Source: Desulfurococcaceae archaeon
GTDB taxonomy: Archaea; Thermoproteota; Thermoprotei_A; Sulfolobales; Desulfurococcaceae
NCBI GenBank assembly: GCA_020833245.1
Contig: JAJHQQ010000001.1
Location: 1-60,157, forward strand
Direction: 5' to 3'
DNA length: 60,157 bases
Shown here: in pieces, positions 54,331 through 60,157 of the stretch
Layout: each line of letters starts with the position of its first letter
How positions within the stretch are numbered: the stretch's first letter is position 1
Translations under genes and position numbers: made by a program
Notes under the pieces: generated by a model
What the model was told of the DNA's origin: nothing
The model's database searches: none
The model's input: the letters and a program-made list of their open reading frames with translations, nothing else

Positions 54331-55461
54331 CTAAAATGAAGGCTTTTTAAGTACCTTCTCGACTACACGCCTCTCAGTTATGTCCCTTAAATTGTCCTGG
54401 TGTTCTCTGAGAAGCTCCATTAATAACACTAGAGCGCGCTTCTTGCAGGCACCACACAGTATCCTCCCTGTAATGCACTCTTGTCGAATCTCCTCTAATT
54501 GCTTGTCATCTTTAACAAGGTGGTATGTATAGAGCTCAAATATTGTACACTTCCACGGCTCGCCACCAAGCCTCCTCTGCTCCTCGGCTGTAGCACGCCC
54601 CCCTGTTAGAGCGTTCATGACTTTTTTCTCGAGGAGCTCTTTCGGCTCGTTTAAGTGAATAGCGTACTCGGGCCTACTCTTACTCATCTTGTTTCCGTCA
54701 AGTCCCCTGATAAGCCTGTGGTACAGTGATGCGGGCCTTTCAAATCCAAGCTCACTCTTGAATCTATCTGCTATGTCTCTTGCTAGCCTAATGTGCGGGT
54801 CTTGGTCAACGCCAACTGGGACGACTACGTACTTGTAGCCGCCGAACTCGTCTAGCTGTAAGTGCAGTATATCTGCTGCTTGAGTAAGAGCTGAAATTAC
54901 TTTCGCTGGTGCGAGGTCTCCGTAAATAGCCTCCATTTCGGCTTGAGTAATTTTCCTCGAGAACATCTGGATAAGCCTGTAGTAACTACTGGGCATTTCT
55001 GTTTGATAGTAGAACTCAGCTCTCTCGGGGTCTACTCCCCAAGCTATAGCGTGAACCACGAAGTCGAAACCTCGCTGAATAACATCGCTCCTACTCTCGC
55101 GTCTAACAGCGTAAGCCTCGGCATCCGCGATAGCTACTTTAATAAAAGCACCCTTCTTCTGAAAGTACTTGAGCTCCTCGTAAACCATGGCTGTGCCTAG
55201 GTGGGGATAGCCGCTGGGCATAAATCCAGTTAAAACAGCTGTCTTATCTCCACGCGAGAAGGCGTTAAGCCAAGAGTCTAGGTCTCTGTGCCCAAATATA
55301 ACTCTACGTGTAAAGTAAGAATGGTCTACTGTGTACTGAGCCAGTAACTTGTCTATTGATGTGATTCCAAACTCTACTATTAACTTCTCGTAGTCCTCGA
55401 TAGCGTGGTGCCCCCACGGGTCTAGTCTGGTGGTCACGCCCAGATCACCAGTGAGCCACAC
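54331..55461 (-). CDS. trpS: Tryptophanyl-tRNA synthetase (archaeal/eukaryotic type)
   Basis: LDPWG...DYEKL..FGI N-terminus, GFMPSGYPHLG (HIGH-like), KMSKS. The start is uncertain: GTG 55461 or a downstream GTG. Confidence 0.85.
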   Translation of the reverse strand: MWLTGDLGVTTRLDPWGHHAIEDYEKLIVEFGITSIDKLLAQYTVDHSYFTRRVIFGHRDLDSWLNAFSRGDKTAVLTGFMPSGYPHLGTAMVYEELKYFQKKGAFIKVAIADAEAYAVRRESRSDVIQRGFDFVVHAIAWGVDPERAEFYYQTEMPSSYYRLIQMFSRKITQAEMEAIYGDLAPAKVISALTQAADILHLQLDEFGGYKYVVVPVGVDQDPHIRLARDIADRFKSELGFERPASLYHRLIRGLDGNKMSKSRPEYAIHLNEPKELLEKKVMNALTGGRATAEEQRRLGGEPWKCTIFELYTYHLVKDDKQLEEIRQECITGRILCGACKKRALVLLMELLREHQDNLRDITERRVVEKVLKKPSF

Positions 55462-55582
55462 GCGTGAAGAGCTCGGCCCCGGAGCTCCCTATCATCACTC
55501 AGCCTGGACTAGGAGTCCTCACAGCCTACTAGGTAATATGCGTTTCATGCTTAAAGGTCTATAAAACTAGAGATCGCAGTCT

Positions 55583-57412
55583 CTACGTTGTTATCGTCTT
55601 AGCTAATCCCGGCGGCGTGTCTACCGGTAAGCCCTTCACTACTCCAGTGTGATACGCTAATAGCTGAAGGGGTATTATAGCTACCATGGGGTACAAGTGC
55701 CTCTCGACTTGAGGCAAGATAATCGCAGCGTGCTTCGTGTTAGCGGTGACTTCGAGCGTGAAGATCCTCGCGTACCTGTTCTCGACTTCTCTCAGCACCT
55801 TGTAGAATAGCTGTTTAGCCTGCTCCTCTATGGGCTCAATTAGAACAGTTAGAAGTCCGAGGACCGAGAGGGCTAGTGGTCCGTGTCTGAGCTCTCCAAG
55901 CTGCAATCCCTCAGCGTGAACTAGTGCGGCTTCTTTTAGTTTTAGTGCTCCCTCTAGAGCCACTGGGTATGTTATTCCGCTCCCCGCTAGGTACATGTTC
56001 TTGTACTCGTAGACCTCTTGTGCAAGCTTCTCGATTTTAGAGTCATAGTCTGGAATTAAGTTTTTCAACTTATCAGCTAGGTCTTTAATGGAGTTGAGAA
56101 TACCCCCGTACTCACTACTCGTTAACTTGCCTGTGTATACTCCGACGTAAGAAGACAGCATTAAAAAGCCCGCGAGAGTAGCTATAAAGGTCTTTGTAGC
56201 GGGCACAGCTATCTCCGGCCCAGCCCCTATTGGCAAGTATACGTTAGATTCAAGTGCTAATCTAGAGCCGACATTATTGGTTATGCCGACTACTACAGCT
56301 CCACGTAGCTTAGCCTGCTTAACGCTTGTAATAACATCGGTTGTTTCGCCGCTTTGACTCACAGCTACTACAACAGTACCTGTCTCTACGCTCTCAAGTA
56401 GAGAGTAGGGGAACTCGGCCGCCGAGATCACATTCACGCTTAGACCAGCTAGCTCGCTGAAATAGTACGTCGAGATCATAGCTGCGTGAAGACTTGTTCC
56501 CGTGCCAATGACAAAGACTTTCTTAGCACCCTGAATAATCATGGCTGCAAGTCTAAGGTACTTCTCCATTATTGCTAGTGGCACCTTCTTCAACGCCTCC
56601 GGGATCTCATATATCTCTTTAATCATGTAGTGAGGAAATCCTCCTTTCTCTACGTACTCCGTTACGTACTTTACCCTCTTAGCTTGTAATTGCTCAAGCT
56701 CTACTCTCCTCCCACTAATAGAGCTGTATAAGTCAATAGAGTCCCTAGATATAACCCCCACGGTTCCCTCTTCAAGAATATACGCTGTTTCAGCGAAGCC
56801 ATATAGAGATGGTAAGTCGCTCGAGACATAAATACAGCTCTTATCAGGTGAGAACCCGATTACAAGCGGCTGTCCACTTTGAACTACAAGGAGACTTCTC
56901 GTCGAGGAGTCTAGAAAAACTAGAGAGTACATGCCGCGGAGCTCTCTAATTACTCTCAATAAAGCCTCAACTCTACTACTAGTTGACTTCAAGTACTCTT
57001 CTAGTAAGTGAACAGCCACCTCGGTGTCTGTTCTAGACGAGAACACGTGGCCTAACTTTTCAAGTCTACTCTTAATTTCCTCGTAGTTCTCTATAATTCC
57101 ATCCCCTGTAACAGCTACTCTCCGCGTGCACTCCGTCAACGGGTGCGTGTTCTCATACACAGGCCAGCCTCTACTAGCGTAGCGTGTGTGCCCCAGGGCT
57201 ATGTCGGAGTCTATGTTCACGAAATCTAGGTTTTTTGAAACGTTCTCTATATGTCCAGGAGCTTTTCTCACTTCTAGAAGGTCTCCTCGTAGAAAAGCAA
57301 CGCCCGCCCCGTCATACCCCCTGTAAGTAAGCCTACGTAGACCCTCGTATATAGCTCCTCTAGGAATTCTCGTGTCTTTACAGATCACAGCGAAGATTCC
57401 GCCCAAATACAC
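55583..57412 (-). CDS. glmS: Glutamine:fructose-6-phosphate aminotransferase homologue (GlmS-like) with a degenerate glutaminase active site
   Basis: Two SIS domains (GTGTSLHAA, SQSGETTDV) and a GlmS-like N-domain (GLRRLTYRGYDGAGVA, GIIENY). However, the N-terminus reads (M)YLGGIF or (M)GGIF rather than MCGI, and HNGIIEN is GDGIIEN. Confidence 0.8.
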   Translation of the reverse strand: MYLGGIFAVICKDTRIPRGAIYEGLRRLTYRGYDGAGVAFLRGDLLEVRKAPGHIENVSKNLDFVNIDSDIALGHTRYASRGWPVYENTHPLTECTRRVAVTGDGIIENYEEIKSRLEKLGHVFSSRTDTEVAVHLLEEYLKSTSSRVEALLRVIRELRGMYSLVFLDSSTRSLLVVQSGQPLVIGFSPDKSCIYVSSDLPSLYGFAETAYILEEGTVGVISRDSIDLYSSISGRRVELEQLQAKRVKYVTEYVEKGGFPHYMIKEIYEIPEALKKVPLAIMEKYLRLAAMIIQGAKKVFVIGTGTSLHAAMISTYYFSELAGLSVNVISAAEFPYSLLESVETGTVVVAVSQSGETTDVITSVKQAKLRGAVVVGITNNVGSRLALESNVYLPIGAGPEIAVPATKTFIATLAGFLMLSSYVGVYTGKLTSSEYGGILNSIKDLADKLKNLIPDYDSKIEKLAQEVYEYKNMYLAGSGITYPVALEGALKLKEAALVHAEGLQLGELRHGPLALSVLGLLTVLIEPIEEQAKQLFYKVLREVENRYARIFTLEVTANTKHAAIILPQVERHLYPMVAIIPLQLLAYHTGVVKGLPVDTPPGLAKTITT

Positions 57413-57552
57413 TCCACCAGTATTTACTCGATTATAGTCTCCACGTAAAAGAGGTCTTAAGAGCTTAAAATAAACGTTTTATAGTCATATTGAATACTGC
57501 TCTTTGAAGACACTGTGAATAATTAAATTTTAAACTAAACTGGTGCTTCGCG

Positions 57553-58170
57553 GTGGGTAGATACACGGTTATACGAGTGCACTTAAAGAGTAAGCCGAAC
57601 CAGGAGGCCATTAGATCACTAAGCGGCCTCTTCAGCGAGATCTCTGCTACCATTGAGACCTATGGGGGATTAGCGTACAGGCCTCTACCCTGGTTAATAC
57701 TGCTACTATCTAATGGTGTGAGTGAAGCCAAACACAAAGAGATATTTCAGCGCATTAGATCAGATGACAACCTCGAGGCTAAAATGGCTTCTATTACGAG
57801 TGTAAACCCAGTTCACGCAGTACTAGTAGCAATGAGGATGTTAAGGAGTTACGAGTACTACTTTCAAAGCGGCGAGGAGACCCCGTATAGTATAGGGGTT
57901 TTTACTGTAAAGCGAACCGGGGATCAAGGGGACGTTCTCTCAGAAATAGCCACGCGACTGAGGCTACACTTTGATATTTCGCGGACACTACTCACTACTG
58001 GAGGCTTACCTCTAAGTGTAAGCTTAGAGAGAGTAATTGGTGTTCTGAGAGATAATAGTATAGAGTACATTCAGAGCCTTCTGAGACATGTAAGCATAGG
58101 TGTGGGTGTAGACTACAGAGCTCTCGATGCACTGAGAAAAGCGGAAGAGAGCACATTAATAAGTGATTAA
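57553..58170 (+). CDS. Hypothetical protein (205 aa)
   Basis: GTG-initiated ORF. No motif recognised. Confidence 0.35.
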   Translation: MGRYTVIRVHLKSKPNQEAIRSLSGLFSEISATIETYGGLAYRPLPWLILLLSNGVSEAKHKEIFQRIRSDDNLEAKMASITSVNPVHAVLVAMRMLRSYEYYFQSGEETPYSIGVFTVKRTGDQGDVLSEIATRLRLHFDISRTLLTTGGLPLSVSLERVIGVLRDNSIEYIQSLLRHVSIGVGVDYRALDALRKAEESTLISD

Positions 58171-58424
58171 GTATACTCTTGCTTACTCACTATAAGAGTA
58201 GAGGGTTTTACTTTAAACTCCAGTACTAGTACTATCACCGAGATCGCCATGGCTATTACTACTAGTACTAAAGGCACTGTTAAGTCTCCAAACAACTGAT
58301 GCCAGAGACCTGGAGATGTCGTTGTCTGCGTGGATTCAAAGGGACTTTCTTTTCCAGTTGGTGGAAGTGTAGTTGAAGTTAAGTAGACACAACACACTGC
58401 TTCTCTAATACTAAACGAAGTCAC
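58167..58424 (-). CDS. Doubtful ORF: Thr/Ser-rich peptide with a C-terminal TM helix
   Basis: Track ORF only. It overlaps the convergent upstream gene by 4 nt. No motif recognised. Confidence 0.2.
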   Translation of the reverse strand: MTSFSIREAVCCVYLTSTTLPPTGKESPFESTQTTTSPGLWHQLFGDLTVPLVLVVIAMAISVIVLVLEFKVKPSTLIVSKQEYT

Positions 58425-58449
58425 GTAAACACACCACTGCTTGTGGAAT

Positions 58450-58506
58450 GATCAGATCTAGGGGCCTGCTCATCTCGCTTTCACAGGTAATACCGCTCAT
58501 CACCGA
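58450..58506 (-). ncRNA. Candidate C/D box sRNA
   Basis: The minus strand reads GTGATGA(58503-497)-GCGGTATTACCT(12 nt)-GTGA-AAGC-GAGATGA-14 nt-CTGA(58455-52). A TATA-like TTAATAG/CTATAATT box lies upstream. The first guide has a 9-nt match to GGUAAUACC of the SSU 530 loop. The second spacer is 14 nt rather than 12. Confidence 0.45.
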
Positions 58507-58560
58507 GTGAATTATAGGCTATTAATAGCTTAAAAGACTTAGCTACTGGTCTCTACTTCT

Positions 58561-58860
58561 CTACTGATCCCTATATTGCTCCTCTCTCGGCTCAATAATA
58601 GTCAGCTTTCCCACGGAGCCTTCTCTTCGCGCTATTTGAATGTAGGTGTTGATTATTTTGAGTGACTGCTCCACCTCCTCGTAGTAAAAGCAACTTGAAG
58701 TTACAGTTAGACCACCTACTAGGTGTAGGATTATTCTCTTAAAGTTTCTCTTATCACAGTCCTGGACCTCTGCTCTATCAGCTAGTCCTATCATTGCTAG
58801 GGACTCAACGTGTCTTAGTGAGCAATTGTCTCTACATGTTATGTACTGCTCTAGACTCAC
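58561..58860 (-). CDS. Hypothetical protein (99 aa)
   Basis: Track ORF. No motif recognised. Confidence 0.3.
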   Translation of the reverse strand: MSLEQYITCRDNCSLRHVESLAMIGLADRAEVQDCDKRNFKRIILHLVGGLTVTSSCFYYEEVEQSLKIINTYIQIARREGSVGKLTIIEPREEQYRDQ

Positions 58861-58950
58861 CGTAAGGGCACCTGTAGTGACTAGGTATCTATAGGGTCTC
58901 GTCCTTTAAAAGCATAGTTAGGGGGATTGTGGTAGTGGTGATGGGTTAAT

Positions 58951-59571
58951 ATGGCTTGGAATAGGCAGGAGACTATTGGTGATAAAATCAGAAAGCTGTT
59001 TACTAATGAAACGGAATCCCTTGAGAAGAGAGCTATTATGGCACAGTACAGGATAAAGACAGCACTAGGCAGAATTAACAACTATGTTGAGAGGCTCTCT
59101 GAGAGAGACAAAGTACTATTTGAGAGCATTGTAGAGTCCCTTTTAAAGAAGGACGAGATGAGAGCAAAAATGTACGCTAAAGAAGTAGCGGAGATTAGAA
59201 AGATAAGTAAACAGCTATTAACAGTCCAGTACGCGCTGGAAAACGCGCTGTTAAAACTAGAGACGTTTCTCATTTATGGCGGCGCAGTCTCCGAGGTTAA
59301 GCCTGTACTAGGAGTTCTGAGAGAGGCTGTTGGAATAGTAAAGAACGTTGCTCCAGATGTGTGGATTGAATTACAAGTTGCATCGAGAGAGCTCGAAGCA
59401 GTTATTGGTGCGAGCACAGTAGATCTATCTCTAGATGTTGGCACAGGGCTTGATAGCGAAGCGAAGGTAATACTCGAAGAGGCGAAGATTATCGCGGAGC
59501 AGAAGATGAGAGAGAAGTTTGCTGAGCTACCAAAGATATCTGTAACTGAGGCTGAACAAGCAAAAACTTAG
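58951..59571 (+). CDS. ESCRT-III (Snf7/CdvB-family) protein, paralogue without a winged-helix extension
   Basis: All-helical with a basic N-terminal half and an acidic C-terminus. LSERDKVLFESIV...MYAKEVAEIRKISK...LKLETF matches my recollection of the crenarchaeal CdvB core. A CTTTAAAAG box lies about 40 nt upstream. Confidence 0.65.
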   Translation: MAWNRQETIGDKIRKLFTNETESLEKRAIMAQYRIKTALGRINNYVERLSERDKVLFESIVESLLKKDEMRAKMYAKEVAEIRKISKQLLTVQYALENALLKLETFLIYGGAVSEVKPVLGVLREAVGIVKNVAPDVWIELQVASRELEAVIGASTVDLSLDVGTGLDSEAKVILEEAKIIAEQKMREKFAELPKISVTEAEQAKT

Positions 59572-59582
59572 ACCAAGTGGGC

Positions 59583-60140
59583 TTAGCTTCTTAGTTTTAG
59601 CAGGAAACTCAGTCTTCTAGTTAATATAACCTCGAATATTTTTAGTGAGTTTTTAACTTCGTTAAGTTTACCTCTGTACTGACTTCTATCAGCGGGGTTT
59701 AATGTAACGTCGACTCTTCGAGATTTTATTCTCAGAGACTCAGGGGAAATCTCGATTAAACCCGCCCTAGTCTTTACGGAAACAACTCTACTGCTTGTGT
59801 TCACACTTAACACTACGTGTTGAGGCCTCGTTCTAACAATTAATACCATATCGCCGCTAGCTTGATATATGTAAGTATATGGCGCGAGCTGGGCGAATTC
59901 GGTTGGTGTTGCGGGGGCTCTGTGAGAGATAGACTCTAAAATCTTGGCTAACTCCTCTAGTAGTGACTCGACGTGTGCAACTAGACTAAGTACTTTGGGG
60001 TTTTCCTCGCCTCTTCTAGCTTCAAAGACACCTGTCCTAATGCGTGAAGCGGTATCTCTAAGTATACTTACACCCAGTTTGAGGGTCTCAGCTATATTCA
60101 ACGTCATTTTAACCCTCTCTTCCACTATAGCTACTTCCAC
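59583..60140 (-). CDS. Hypothetical protein
   Basis: Track ORF convergent with the ESCRT-III gene. TATATA at 60145-50 suggests the real start may be ATG 60107 (MTLNIAETL). No motif recognised. Confidence 0.35.
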   Translation of the reverse strand: MEVAIVEERVKMTLNIAETLKLGVSILRDTASRIRTGVFEARRGEENPKVLSLVAHVESLLEELAKILESISHRAPATPTEFAQLAPYTYIYQASGDMVLIVRTRPQHVVLSVNTSSRVVSVKTRAGLIEISPESLRIKSRRVDVTLNPADRSQYRGKLNEVKNSLKIFEVILTRRLSFLLKLRS

Positions 60141-60157
60141 AGCTTATATATCTCATC

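Noticed and set aside
57465-57653. 62-aa minus-strand ORF
   Set aside because: It spans an AT-rich promoter region and overlaps the 57553 ORF. Its composition is not protein-like.
58881-59081. 66-aa minus-strand ORF
   Set aside because: It is antisense to the ESCRT-III gene start and its promoter, so it is a shadow ORF.
1-60157. CRISPR arrays, IS elements, transposases, and toxin-antitoxin or other defence modules
   Set aside because: Reading both strands I saw no regularly spaced direct repeats, no terminal inverted repeats flanking a transposase-like ORF, and no recognisable defence-gene motifs. The lone nucleotidyltransferase-like ORF 26275..26835 has no HEPN-like partner.

Overview
This window looks like a gene-dense core chromosomal segment of a hyperthermophilic crenarchaeon, probably Desulfurococcales-like. 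The evidence is an Elf1 homologue, an ESCRT-III/CdvB-type protein, topoisomerase VI, a split-type tRNA-splicing endonuclease subunit, GGGP synthase, an intron-containing tRNA, and GC-rich RNA genes in an AT-richer background. No CRISPR array, transposase, integrase or recognisable defence island was seen, and I cannot point to a convincing new multi-gene system. Most ORFs are housekeeping genes:
- Translation and ribosome-biogenesis cluster: Zn-ribbon, KH, Rio1, aIF1A, NMD3, aIF2-beta.
- Six aminoacyl-tRNA synthetases: Thr, His, Val, Cys, Trp, plus RtcB and EndA-like nearby.
- A 4-subunit 2-oxoacid:ferredoxin oxidoreductase, RadA, Top6A/B, GdhA, isoprenoid and ether-lipid genes, and a minimal type-IV-pilus-like operon.
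- Three tRNAs: Arg-UCU, Pro-CGG with a 14-nt intron, and Arg-GCG.

The main signals the ORF track does not explain:
1. At least four, possibly six or seven, C/D box sRNA genes lie in intergenic gaps. Each has a TATA-like box about 25-30 nt upstream. Two have guides that match conserved rRNA as I remember it.
2. Small genes fall below the track cutoff: Sec61-beta, a Zn-ribbon ORF, a 2-TM peptide, and an edge-truncated Zn-ribbon.
3. The GlmS homologue has lost the N-terminal nucleophile Cys and the oxyanion Asn.
4. A roughly 460-bp AT-rich non-coding stretch with two adjacent inverted repeats sits next to tRNA-Arg(GCG).
5. Structured non-coding RNA-like regions lie upstream of gdhA and trpS.

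Several longest-ORF starts in the track appear over-extended. All homology calls come from motif recognition by eye, not from database searches.
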